This document shows, piece after piece, positions 1 to 9,045 of a stretch of 32,000 nucleotides of DNA (the stretch's first letter is position 1; every line of letters starts with the position of its first letter). The position numbers were made by a program, and so were the translations under genes. The notes under the pieces are model-generated. The model did not search any database. It was not told the DNA's origin and saw only the letters and a program-made list of their open reading frames with translations. The DNA lies in the NCBI GenBank assembly GCA_035387745.1, contig DAOOON010000002.1:5109-37108 (forward strand), read 5' to 3'. This DNA is from an archaeon. Lineage in GTDB: Archaea; Iainarchaeota; Iainarchaeia; Iainarchaeales; CSSED10-239.

Positions 1-97
1 AAAAATCAAACTAAAGCAAACCTATATAAATATTATTCTTTTTTCTAGTATATATAGCTTTCGGTTTTAGACGGTTTTGAAACAAAAATCACAAAAA

Positions 98-646
98 TCA
101 GATGGTCTTCTTAAACAACAACCTATCTACACCTTTGTAGTTTTTATAGAGTTTTTGTTTCTGGTAGCCGTTTTTTATTATATTGTTTAAAGAATATTTA
201 TTTTTTGGATGTGTTGCAGTAAATAAATATTTATAACCTTTATCTTTCATATAATTTTCTCTAAATTTAAGAAAATAATCTTGAATACCATATCCTCTAA
301 ACTTTGAAATAACACCTACACCATCAATTTCGCAAACTTTTGTTAATTCTTTTTTATTTATGCCATAATGCTTTACTAATCCGTTTATATTTTTAGAATC
401 TGCTTTTCTAAACGAAATTCTGCCATATGCAACGGGATTTTTATCAGAATACATTACAAAAATCAAATCGTTTCCTAATTTTATGTCTTCTTTATATCTT
501 GAATAATTATATGGCGAATCAAATTCGCTAGGAACATCTTTTATAATTTCTAAATGCAGTTTTTTAAAAATCGGAACTTCAAATTGATTTATTCTATATA
601 TCTTGAATTTTTTGTTTTTCAGAATTACAGAATCTACGTATTTCAT
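98..646 (-). CDS. GNAT-family N-acetyltransferase (putative)
   Basis: 182-aa ORF. It has an acetyl-CoA-pocket style motif, ISKFRGYGIQ (R/Q-x-x-G-x-G/A), followed by a helix and a YKYLFTATHPKN...NGY tail typical of the GNAT fold. Confidence 0.55.
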   Translation of the reverse strand: MKYVDSVILKNKKFKIYRINQFEVPIFKKLHLEIIKDVPSEFDSPYNYSRYKEDIKLGNDLIFVMYSDKNPVAYGRISFRKADSKNINGLVKHYGINKKELTKVCEIDGVGVISKFRGYGIQDYFLKFRENYMKDKGYKYLFTATHPKNKYSLNNIIKNGYQKQKLYKNYKGVDRLLFKKTI

Positions 647-660
647 ATTAATCTTATAAA

Positions 661-2130
661 CTATACAATAACTTCTTCCTTTTTTATCTCAATGTTGCTA
701 CTAGTTAGTGTGGGCCTTAAAAGAAGCCTTAGTGGGTCTTTGTCAGGATATCTTATAACAACATCATTATTAGAAACTACCTCTATTCTCACAATTGCGG
801 GTTCTTTGTCTATAAAATCATCAATATATTCTGCACCAATACAATAGTTTAATTTAGGATTTTCCTTAAGTATTGTTAATAACTCATTGCCAATAATCGA
901 ATTATTAAAAACCTCACTTGCTTGAGGAATAATTACTAACATTTCTTCTTTTACTTCTTCTGATAATCTTTTTAGTATACCATAAATATAAAATAAATAT
1001 AACGGATTATTTCTATTTATCAAGAAAACTTTACTAGATCCAATATTTTTATAAGTGCTTTCAAATATTATAGAAAGATCAGTATCTCCAAAATATCCAG
1101 AATATACGTCTTCAATAATATTTAATTTAGAGATTAACCTCCATTTCTCAAAGTCAGTAATCTCATCAGTTATTCCTATTGCTGCAATATTTTCTATTAA
1201 TTCGGAAATGTCTTTTACTTTATCGGTATAGGCTTGATCAATAATTTTTTGAGTAACGCCAGTAAATTTAAATAAATTAATGAATGCCTGTTTTGGTATT
1301 ACATGTAGAGGCAATTTAATTTTAAAGAAATCAATTGTGTTTATTGGAAAACCAAAAGGAGAAACTTTCATATCAAATGCCCCTAATAGTTCTTCTTTTT
1401 GCTGAGGATAAGACAGCGTTTTAAATACGCCCGTACTATCAAAAACAACCACTTTCTTTGAAGACAATAAATAATTTTCTGCAATAACTTTCATTGCAAA
1501 TACTCTGTCTTCTTCTTCTGCACCGGTTACTACAATTGATCTTAGGTTCTCTAAACTTGCATTAATTGTAACACCATTCTTTCTACCAACCAATAACTTA
1601 TCTACAGAACTAATGGCTGTTGAAAATTCAATATTATTTGGAGAATTTGTTAATGCCTTAACAATAAAAGGATCAGAAAAAAAATAATTCCTTATTTCTG
1701 GCGGCAGCATCTTTAGTGACAATAATTTTATATTGTAAGATTTTATTATAGAAATGATGGAACTTGTAATTTTGTTTAATTTTAACATCTTCTTCTCTAT
1801 GTGCTCATTAATTTGAGAAGAATCTATAATTTCGGTATCTGTATTTAATATAAAAAATTTGTGTGTATTTTTATCTCCAATATCAAAATGCTTTTCAAAA
1901 ACAATGCACTGATTTGGCAGCGTTTCTGCGAATAACTCTATGTCTCCATCAACCGCAAAAACCTTGTATAATTGAACAAGCACAGAGGATGGTTCTTTTG
2001 ATCTTAATAAAGAAACAAAATAGTCATCATTAAATAAAATTGCCAAATCCTTTTGACCATATACACCTTCAAAAAGCGTACTCCAGGTTGTTATTTGTAT
2101 CATGTTATTACAATTGTGGTTATTACCCAT
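661..2130 (-). CDS. Hypothetical protein, HerA/FtsK-like P-loop-fold layout with degenerate Walker motifs
   Basis: 489-aa ORF. LLVGRKNGVTINASLENLRSIVVTGAEEEDR...KKVVVFDSTGVF parallels the HerA/DUF87 pattern (iG...v.ld...rH.aI.G.TGSGKS...viifDphGEY), but the P-loop is replaced by TGAEEEDR. The Walker-B position reads MLVIIPQASE. Confidence 0.4.
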   Translation of the reverse strand: MGNNHNCNNMIQITTWSTLFEGVYGQKDLAILFNDDYFVSLLRSKEPSSVLVQLYKVFAVDGDIELFAETLPNQCIVFEKHFDIGDKNTHKFFILNTDTEIIDSSQINEHIEKKMLKLNKITSSIISIIKSYNIKLLSLKMLPPEIRNYFFSDPFIVKALTNSPNNIEFSTAISSVDKLLVGRKNGVTINASLENLRSIVVTGAEEEDRVFAMKVIAENYLLSSKKVVVFDSTGVFKTLSYPQQKEELLGAFDMKVSPFGFPINTIDFFKIKLPLHVIPKQAFINLFKFTGVTQKIIDQAYTDKVKDISELIENIAAIGITDEITDFEKWRLISKLNIIEDVYSGYFGDTDLSIIFESTYKNIGSSKVFLINRNNPLYLFYIYGILKRLSEEVKEEMLVIIPQASEVFNNSIIGNELLTILKENPKLNYCIGAEYIDDFIDKEPAIVRIEVVSNNDVVIRYPDKDPLRLLLRPTLTSSNIEIKKEEVIV

Positions 2131-2197
2131 TCATATTTTAAATCAAAACATTTAAATAAATAATATGTTATATATTTTTAATAGATATAGTATTTAA

Positions 2198-2743
2198 ATG
2201 GACTTTATAATGATAGATGCAACACTAATTAAAGATACAATTACCGAATTGTTGGAAGCAAACGTAGATAAAGAAACAATTTATCAGACTTTAAAAGACA
2301 TTGGTGTAGAAGATTCTGAGATTGATAAATATTATAAAGAAGCAACAACTAAAGAAAAAGAACAAAAAACAGAAACAAAAAATCCTGAATCTAAACCCGA
2401 ATCACACCCTAAAATCGAAACCGCATCACCAAAAATTTTAGAAAATATAAAAACTGAAGAAGCAATACATCAAAAACCAAAAGCAACAACTGAAGACTTA
2501 GAAAAGGCCACAAAAGATGTTATTGATTCCTCTATTATGGAAAATCAAGAAATAGATGAAAAAATAACTAAAGAAGATAACACCCAGATTTTAGAAATAA
2601 ATAACACAAATTTAGAAATTAAAAAGCAAATATCTGAACTAGAAAATAATCTTGGCGATATTAAAGCACAAATTAACGGCCTTACAAAAATTATGAAGGA
2701 CATTCTAGAAGAAAATAGGAATATTCTAAACAAATTAAAATAA
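2198..2743 (+). CDS. Hypothetical protein (small helical N-domain, Lys/Glu/Thr-rich linker, C-terminal coiled coil)
   Basis: 181-aa ORF transcribed divergently from 661-2130 across a 67-bp gap. It has a low-complexity KEKEQKTETKNPESKPES segment and a heptad-like C-terminus. Confidence 0.5.
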   Translation: MDFIMIDATLIKDTITELLEANVDKETIYQTLKDIGVEDSEIDKYYKEATTKEKEQKTETKNPESKPESHPKIETASPKILENIKTEEAIHQKPKATTEDLEKATKDVIDSSIMENQEIDEKITKEDNTQILEINNTNLEIKKQISELENNLGDIKAQINGLTKIMKDILEENRNILNKLK

Positions 2744-2745
2744 TA

Positions 2746-3060
2746 CTATTGGTTACCAAGCATCTTTAATAAATCTTCGTAGCCTCCACCTTCTTCTTTT
2801 GGCGCTCCGCCTTTCTTAAAAATGGCTACAAAAACAATTATCAAAATACAAACTCCAAAAATAATTAACCAAAATTGCGGTATCTCCGCAGTAGTTATAA
2901 ATAACATTACTGCTAACAGAAAAACTAAAAGCAGATTTATTAGCCCTGGAAAAAATATAGAATAAAGTATTACAATAACTGGTGCAAAAAAATAATAATT
3001 ATATTGAAAAGAAAAAATAATAAGTATTCCAATAACAAAAAAACTTAAAAAATCAAACAT
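2746..3060 (-). CDS. Small integral membrane protein
   Basis: 104-aa ORF with about three hydrophobic helices and a Gly/Glu-rich tail. It lies immediately downstream of 3062-3328 on the same strand. Confidence 0.5.
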   Translation of the reverse strand: MFDFLSFFVIGILIIFSFQYNYYFFAPVIVILYSIFFPGLINLLLVFLLAVMLFITTAEIPQFWLIIFGVCILIIVFVAIFKKGGAPKEEGGGYEDLLKMLGNQ

Positions 3061-3061
3061 G

Positions 3062-3328
3062 TTATTTTTTTACTCCTGCCCAACCTTTTATTGTATTTTT
3101 TAAATCGCTTCCAAATACCCAGTATATCCCAACACCGATTGCAACTAACCAGATTAAATCCGGATATCTGTAAAATAAAAGGAAAACTAAAAAACCAGTA
3201 ATTAATATTGCAATTAATTCATTACCTATTTGTTTTTTTGCCCAAACATAAATAGAAATAGAAAAAACAATGAATAATATTATCCAAATAGAATCTTCTA
3301 GAGAGGTTACTAAAATAATACTATTCAT
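3062..3328 (-). CDS. Small integral membrane protein
   Basis: 88-aa ORF with three predicted hydrophobic helices, 15 nt downstream of rpl15e. Confidence 0.5.
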   Translation of the reverse strand: MNSIILVTSLEDSIWIILFIVFSISIYVWAKKQIGNELIAILITGFLVFLLFYRYPDLIWLVAIGVGIYWVFGSDLKNTIKGWAGVKK

Positions 3329-3343
3329 TTATGTCTACCTTTT

Positions 3344-3952
3344 TTACTTTGCTTTTCTATCTTTTGCTCTTATTGATGGTCTATTTTTTTCTGTGCCTTT
3401 TCCTTTTCTATCAAGGCCTCTGTTCTTCTTTCCTGCACTTGTTATGCCTTTATATGCCCTGCCTCTATTCTGTGGCCAGCATATCCAATTTATGTCTTTA
3501 TCTTGCATAATCCTTGGATGGTTTGGATCAATTAAAATTATCTCATAATATTTTTGTTGACCATCTTCTCCAATCAAGTAGGAATTTAAAACCTCTAGAC
3601 CAGGATATTTTGATGCTGCCCTAAGTTCTGCTATCCTTTGAATAGATATTCTTCTTGTTATCTTATTAACACCCATTCTTTTTGGTTTTCTACCATTTAC
3701 TGGTCTTCTAATTAAACCTGAACCTTTTCTAACTTTTGCTAGAACTACAATAAAGCCTTGTTTTGCTTTATAGCCAAGCTCTCTTGCCCTTGGAATGTTT
3801 GTTGGATTATCAAGTCTAATCACTGCTTCTTTTGTATGTCTATACTTGATTAATCTGTCTGTATATAATTTCTTATAATTATAATTATCATCTTTTTCTT
3901 TTTTAAACTCTTTTTGTATTGTTTCTTTTATGTATTTTGATGCTGTACTCAT
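3344..3952 (-). CDS. rpl15e: 50S ribosomal protein L15e
   Basis: 202 aa. YKYIKE-type N-terminus, RLDNPTNIPRARELGYKAKQGFIVVLAKVRKGSG, and a basic C-terminus typical of L15e. Confidence 0.9.
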   Translation of the reverse strand: MSTASKYIKETIQKEFKKEKDDNYNYKKLYTDRLIKYRHTKEAVIRLDNPTNIPRARELGYKAKQGFIVVLAKVRKGSGLIRRPVNGRKPKRMGVNKITRRISIQRIAELRAASKYPGLEVLNSYLIGEDGQQKYYEIILIDPNHPRIMQDKDINWICWPQNRGRAYKGITSAGKKNRGLDRKGKGTEKNRPSIRAKDRKAK

Positions 3953-4091
3953 ATTTACTCCATTTTTTAATTTTTTGCATGCATTAATATATTATTAATT
4001 CACTTATAAATAATTTATAAAACAAAACCTTTATATAGTGGTTGTTGAAATAAGCAAGGATTAAGCTTATTTTCAAAAAATACAGATTTAA

Positions 4092-4799
4092 ATGAGAAAT
4101 ATGCATTTATTTTCTTCAAAAGAAGCCAAAAAAAAAGTAATTATCGCTTTAGTGATATCTCTATTTTTAGTGGTTGCTGCGGCGGTTTTTATTTGGCCAT
4201 ATGTTTCTATTCTTACTAAGCCTTCTGTAATTAAAGAACTGGTATTAGGTTTTGGAGTTTGGGCACCACTTGCTTTTATTGGGCTACAGATTTTACAAAT
4301 GGTTTTTTTATTTATTCCGGCTTCACCAATTATTATTGTTGGAGGATATATCTTTGGAGCGTGGGGCGTATTTTATTCTGTTATCGGTATTATTTTAGGG
4401 TCAATAATAATATTCTTTATTGGCAGATTGTTTGGAAGACCTTTTTTAGAAAGCGTTCTTGATAAAAAAATAATAAATAAAATAGATTATGAATCAGACA
4501 ATATCGCAAAGACATTATTTATTTTATTTTTAATACCGCCATTACCACATGATGCTTTCTGCTATATGGCTGGAATTACAAAAATCGAATTAAAAAAATA
4601 TATTTTAGCAGTGGCTGTTGGAAGATTACCGCAAATTGTATTTTTAACTTTAATTGGCTATCAACTTACCAAATTAAATTTGTTTTGGTCCTTATTACTT
4701 ATAGGAGTTATAATTGTTGGTTCAATTATTATCTTTCAAAACAAAAACAAAATTGAAACACGCCTTCATGGTTATGTTGGGAAATTACAGAAAAAATAA
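4092..4799 (+). CDS. TVP38/TMEM64 (DedA/SNARE-associated) family membrane protein
   Basis: 235 aa, polytopic. The core FIPASPIIIVGGYIFGAWGVFYSVIGIILGSIIIFFIGRLFGRPF matches the VTT-domain pattern. Confidence 0.7.
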   Translation: MRNMHLFSSKEAKKKVIIALVISLFLVVAAAVFIWPYVSILTKPSVIKELVLGFGVWAPLAFIGLQILQMVFLFIPASPIIIVGGYIFGAWGVFYSVIGIILGSIIIFFIGRLFGRPFLESVLDKKIINKIDYESDNIAKTLFILFLIPPLPHDAFCYMAGITKIELKKYILAVAVGRLPQIVFLTLIGYQLTKLNLFWSLLLIGVIIVGSIIIFQNKNKIETRLHGYVGKLQKK

Positions 4800-4800
4800 G

Positions 4801-4872
4801 GTCCTATGGTCTAGTGGTTATGACGTTACCTTGACATGGTAGAGATCCCCGGTCCGATCCCGGGTGGGACCA
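4801..4872 (+). tRNA. tRNA-Val (anticodon GAC), atypical T-arm
   Basis: Manual cloverleaf: acceptor GGTCCTA/TGGGACC, anticodon stem TTACC/GGTAG, loop TTGACAT. The T-arm CCCGG-TCCGAT-CCGGG has only a 6-nt loop. A GC-rich island in AT-rich DNA. Confidence 0.75.
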
Positions 4873-4900
4873 TTTAATTTTTTTAGGGGAAGAGAAAAAA

Positions 4901-5503
4901 ATGATATCAAAACTTATTGCTCTTTTAGTTCTTTTTTTTGTTATCATTGATCCTCTTGCAAGCTTTGCTGTGTTTTTTGTTAATACCAAAAACTATAAGA
5001 AAAAAGAAAAAATAAAGATTGCAATAATGGCTGTTGCCATTGCTGCGGTTCTTTCTTTTTTAGTATTGTTATTTGGAGAAAACCTACTTACAATTTTTAG
5101 CACAGACATAAATAGCTTTAAGATTGCTGGTGGAATAATCCTACTAATACTTGGAATAAACATGTCTCTTGGAAGATCGATTGTTGAAGTTGAAAAAAGT
5201 AATGCAGACTCAGTTCATGCAATTGCTTCAGTTATTGCTACGCCACTTCTTACTGGTCCAGCAACAATTACTGCAATAATTATTTCTGCAGCAGACTATG
5301 GGAAAGTCCTAACTGGTGTTGCAATTGGAATAATCTTACTGTTGACTGGAATATCTTTATATCTTACAATTATTTTCCATCACTTGACAGAAAAAGCAAA
5401 AACCACAATACAAATTATTAGCACAATGCTTGGACTTATTACTCTTGCTTGGGGAGTAAACTATATACTTACTGGTGTGCAAGCTATATTTCATCTAATC
5501 TAA
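4901..5503 (+). CDS. MarC-family (UPF0056) integral membrane protein
   Basis: 200 aa, six hydrophobic segments, N-terminal IIDPLASFAVFF motif, and the Gly-rich helices typical of MarC. A GGGGAAGAG Shine-Dalgarno-like element lies upstream. Confidence 0.65.
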   Translation: MISKLIALLVLFFVIIDPLASFAVFFVNTKNYKKKEKIKIAIMAVAIAAVLSFLVLLFGENLLTIFSTDINSFKIAGGIILLILGINMSLGRSIVEVEKSNADSVHAIASVIATPLLTGPATITAIIISAADYGKVLTGVAIGIILLLTGISLYLTIIFHHLTEKAKTTIQIISTMLGLITLAWGVNYILTGVQAIFHLI

Positions 5504-6168
5504 AGTAGTTTTCTTTGAAAAGCATCTTTAACAATATTATCTATTGTCTTCCATTTCATTCGTGTGTATTCTGGAAAGCTTTTGTACTTTTTAAAATAGT
5601 CTTTTAGAAAATCTATGGTTCTTGGGTCAGAAGAGTATCCTGAAATATCAGAACCTACTAACTCTTTTAACATTTTATCTCTTGTAACTTTTGCAAGAAT
5701 TGAAGCACACGAAACAGAAACGTGGTTTAAATCTGCTTTGTGCTCAGAAATCACTTTGAATTTATAATCGCAAGAAATTGCTTTTAGATTATCTTTTATT
5801 CTCTTGGAAAAATGATCTGTAGAAGTATCTGGAGAATCAAATACTACAATTTCTGGTTTTACTTTTAGTTTAGAAAGAGCAAAACAAGCCTTTTGTGCTT
5901 CTATTTCGTTAAGGGAAAATCTGTCCATTAAAACATTAAGTTCTTCAGCAGGTATTGCAACAATCTTATAGTCTTCTGCTTCATTTTTTATTAGTTCAAA
6001 TAATTCCTCTCTCTGCTTTGGTGAGAGAAGCTTAGAGTCTTTTACTCCTGCATCTTTAAACATCTTTTCCTTGTTTTTATCAATCACACAAACAGCTAAG
6101 AGTAAAGGCCCTAAGACGCAGCCCCTTCCTGCTTCATCCACCCCGCTAATCAGTTGTTTAGTCATCAT
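5500..6168 (-). CDS. rnhB: Ribonuclease HII
   Basis: 222 aa. GVDEAGRGCVLGPL catalytic motif, with DSKLLSPKQRE and ASILAKVTRD motifs. Confidence 0.9.
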   Translation of the reverse strand: MMTKQLISGVDEAGRGCVLGPLLLAVCVIDKNKEKMFKDAGVKDSKLLSPKQREELFELIKNEAEDYKIVAIPAEELNVLMDRFSLNEIEAQKACFALSKLKVKPEIVVFDSPDTSTDHFSKRIKDNLKAISCDYKFKVISEHKADLNHVSVSCASILAKVTRDKMLKELVGSDISGYSSDPRTIDFLKDYFKKYKSFPEYTRMKWKTIDNIVKDAFQRKLL

Positions 6169-6249
6169 TAATCAAGCTTTTTAAATACTTTGTTTATTAA
6201 ATATAATATAGTACTTATTTTAAAGACTTATTAAATTGGTGAAAATACT

Positions 6250-6513
6250 ATGCAAGGAACGATAATGAATTACAGAATGGGTGTAAACACACAAAAGAAT
6301 AATCATTTACTTATAAGAATAGATGATGAAAAATACAGAACTAAAGAGTCTGTTGCTCCATTATTTGGACATAAAGTTGTATTTACTACTATTGGAAAAA
6401 AAGTAATAACTGGTAAAGTTGCTTCAGCTCATGGTAATAAAGGAATTATTAGAGTTATCTTTGAAAGAGGACTTCCAGGAGATGCTGTTGGTCAAAAAGT
6501 AGAAATAAAATAA
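6250..6513 (+). CDS. rpl35ae: 50S ribosomal protein L35Ae
   Basis: 87 aa. YRMG..Q..NHLLIRID, GHKVVF and GKVASAHGNKGIIRVIFERGLPGDAVGQKVEI match the L35Ae pattern. Confidence 0.8.
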   Translation: MQGTIMNYRMGVNTQKNNHLLIRIDDEKYRTKESVAPLFGHKVVFTTIGKKVITGKVASAHGNKGIIRVIFERGLPGDAVGQKVEIK

Positions 6514-6516
6514 ATT

Positions 6517-7284
6517 ATGACAAAACATAAAGATTTATTTTTTAAATACACAATTTCTAGACTAAAGACAGAATTAGAAAGAGCAGATCAACGAATAATT
6601 GCTATTTCTCAAATTCTTTCTAGTTTGCCTAAAAATATAAATGAGATATTTGAGGAACTTAGAATTATTGGAGATATTCTTTATCCTAATATGGAAAAAG
6701 AACTAACGCTTGAAGAATATGTTAGACTTTGTTCTCTTGAAGAAATTTCAGAAAACACATTAAAGAAAATTTCTCTGGATAAAACTAAGATAAGAAAGAT
6801 TTTAGAAATACAAGAGATGGGCTTATCTGCAGAATTAGAAAAAGACGAAAAAATCATATTTATTAACTTAGCAAAGAACCTTCAAGCACTACTTGATACC
6901 AAGAAAAGCCTTGAAGCCTTAGAAGAAAAAATGGTAAAAACAAATTATCCTAACTTCTCTGAGATTGCAACGCCAGCCATTGCTTGTAAGATGATTGAAG
7001 TTGCTGGTTCTTTTGAAAGGCTTTCTAGATTTCCAGCTTCAACCATACAATTACTTGGTGCAGAAAATTCTTTTTTTAGGGCGCTTAAAACTCGAAGCAA
7101 AAAAACACCAAAATACGGTTTTATTTATGCTCATCCTTTGTTAATAAACTTAAACAAGAAAGACAAAGGCAAGTTTGCAAGAACTATTTCTGCAAAAATT
7201 GCAATTGCAATCAAGGCCGATCTTGGCGGAAAAGACCTAAGAAAAGAATTAACTGACAAAATTAATAGTAAATTAAAAAAATAA
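6517..7284 (+). CDS. nop5: Nop5 (Nop56/58) C/D box RNP core protein, short form lacking the N-terminal domain
   Basis: 255 aa. NOSIC/Nop-domain core AIACKMIEVAGSFERLSRFPASTIQLLGAENSFFRALKTRSKKTPKYGFIYAHPLL...GKFARTISAKIAIAIKAD. Only about 25 aa precede the coiled-coil region. It lies directly upstream of fibrillarin. Confidence 0.8.
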   Translation: MTKHKDLFFKYTISRLKTELERADQRIIAISQILSSLPKNINEIFEELRIIGDILYPNMEKELTLEEYVRLCSLEEISENTLKKISLDKTKIRKILEIQEMGLSAELEKDEKIIFINLAKNLQALLDTKKSLEALEEKMVKTNYPNFSEIATPAIACKMIEVAGSFERLSRFPASTIQLLGAENSFFRALKTRSKKTPKYGFIYAHPLLINLNKKDKGKFARTISAKIAIAIKADLGGKDLRKELTDKINSKLKK

Positions 7285-7293
7285 AGAAAAATT

Positions 7294-7899
7294 ATGGCAA
7301 TAAAGAATTTAATAAAGGAGAATGGAGATTTCTTTACCTTAGACTTGAACAATAAAGAGAAGAGATACTGGGACCCAACTAGATCTAAGGTGTGTGCGGC
7401 TTTAAAAAAAGGATTAAATTTCTTGCCTCTTAAAGCAGACTCAACCATTCTTTACCTTGGTGCAGCAGAAGGCTATACTTGTTCTTATATTTCTGACCTG
7501 GCTTTTCAAGGAATTATCTTTGGAGTAGACTTTTCAGCTCACAGCATGCAAAAGTTTGTTTTGCTTTGTAAAGAACGAGAAAATCTTTATCCAATACTTG
7601 GAGATGCAAATAAGCCAGAGGATTATAAACAATTAGTAGATTGCAAAGTTGATTTAATAATCCAAGACGTTGCACAGAAGAACCAGATTGAAATACTTAC
7701 AAAGAATGCAAAAGAATTTCTTAAGCCAGAAGGATATGTTATTCTAAGTCTTAAGACAACTGCCATTTCACAAAGGAACACAGGGGTAATCATTGACGAA
7801 GAAATAAGAAAATTTGAAAAAGAGTTTACAATAGTTGACAAAAGAAGACTAGACCCTTTTGAAAAGAAGCACATGATTATAGTTGGAAAAAAGAAATAA
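7294..7899 (+). CDS. flpA: Fibrillarin-like rRNA/tRNA 2'-O-methyltransferase
   Basis: 201 aa. RYWDPTRSKVCAAL, ILYLGAAEGYTCSYISD (motif I variant), ILGDANKP, QDVAQKNQ and DPFEKKHMIIVG align with archaeal fibrillarin. Confidence 0.9.
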   Translation: MAIKNLIKENGDFFTLDLNNKEKRYWDPTRSKVCAALKKGLNFLPLKADSTILYLGAAEGYTCSYISDLAFQGIIFGVDFSAHSMQKFVLLCKERENLYPILGDANKPEDYKQLVDCKVDLIIQDVAQKNQIEILTKNAKEFLKPEGYVILSLKTTAISQRNTGVIIDEEIRKFEKEFTIVDKRRLDPFEKKHMIIVGKKK

Positions 7900-8094
7900 C
7901 TATTTTATTCCCTTGGATTTTAGAAAGGCATCTATTGACCTATCATAAGTCTTTTCTGCCTTTGTATCAAAGTAACAAGCAGGTAGCTCGCCTCTCTTTC
8001 TATGGTAAGAAACACATTCACAGCAGAGGCCTTTCTTCTCACAATCATATGTGCAATTGCAAGACTTCTTGTTTATTTCTTTTTTGCATTCCAT
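7900..8094 (-). CDS. Small Cys-rich protein (DUF6485-like)
   Basis: 64 aa. The pattern [31 protein letters not shown] recalls a conserved Cys-rich family of unknown function. The family name is from memory. Confidence 0.45.
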   Translation of the reverse strand: MECKKEINKKSCNCTYDCEKKGLCCECVSYHRKRGELPACYFDTKAEKTYDRSIDAFLKSKGIK

Positions 8095-8105
8095 AATTAA
8101 TCACT

Positions 8106-9038
8106 TCAAATCATAAAAAGAACAATATTAAAAATAATGTAAAGCAATAACAAAGCAAGACCTTCTTTTTTTGTAAGCTTTTTATCAATTATAACATAAA
8201 TAAACGAAATCAAGGCTAAACCAAACATTGGTATTGCAATCTTGAAGATATGAGACGGAACAATAACAAAACCAAAGAATCTAGAAAAGCTTGAAACAAT
8301 TAAAATATCAATAATGCTTGCACCAATAATGTTTGCTACTGCAATGTCTAGATGGCCTTTCTTTACAGAAATTAGACCAACAGTAAGTTCTGTTAAACTT
8401 GTGCCTAAAGCAATAACAGTTATTGCAATAATTTCTGGGAACACCCCAATAATTCTTGAAACATTAAGCATAGAATCTACTACGTATTTTGAACCAACAT
8501 ATATCAATATCGAATAAATTAAAATAAAAAATACACAAAGATAAGAATTAGATTTTGTAGGGTCTTCTAACTTTACTGGTTTTGATAATTTATATTGATA
8601 AATAGAATATGCTAAATAAAGAATTACACACAAAAATGCCTCTAATAGCGTAAAATTACCATCAATAATAAATAAAACAAAAAGGCAAACAACTATAGCA
8701 AGCATCCATAAGTCAGTTTTTAATGTATCTTTGTAAATGTATTTTGTGCCATACAAAAAACCCACAAGACCTATAACCAAAAAAATGTTTGTAGTAACTG
8801 ACCCAATAATTGTCGGGATAACAATCTCTGATTCCCCTCTTAAAGTTCCATAAATTGAAGAAGCAAGCTCCGGTAGCGTTGTTCCAACACTAACAATTAT
8901 TAAGCCTATTAAAAATGTAGAGAGCCCTAGATTCTTACCAAGCTCTTTTGATTTATCCACAAACATATCTGCAGAGAATATCAATACAAATAAACTTGTA
9001 AGAAAAACTAAAATCCAAAAAATTAAAGCAAATAACAT
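8106..9038 (-). CDS. Ca2+/cation antiporter (CaCA family, YrbG-like)
   Basis: 310 aa, polytopic. It has two alpha-repeat motifs, GTTLPELASSI and GTSLTELTVGL. Confidence 0.8.
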   Translation of the reverse strand: MLFALIFWILVFLTSLFVLIFSADMFVDKSKELGKNLGLSTFLIGLIIVSVGTTLPELASSIYGTLRGESEIVIPTIIGSVTTNIFLVIGLVGFLYGTKYIYKDTLKTDLWMLAIVVCLFVLFIIDGNFTLLEAFLCVILYLAYSIYQYKLSKPVKLEDPTKSNSYLCVFFILIYSILIYVGSKYVVDSMLNVSRIIGVFPEIIAITVIALGTSLTELTVGLISVKKGHLDIAVANIIGASIIDILIVSSFSRFFGFVIVPSHIFKIAIPMFGLALISFIYVIIDKKLTKKEGLALLLLYIIFNIVLFMI

Positions 9039-9045
9039 AAGCCCC

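Noticed and set aside
4804-4989. 61-aa minus-strand ORF from the track
   Set aside because: It is made largely of the reverse complement of tRNA-Val and the MarC 5' end, so it is a GC-island artefact.
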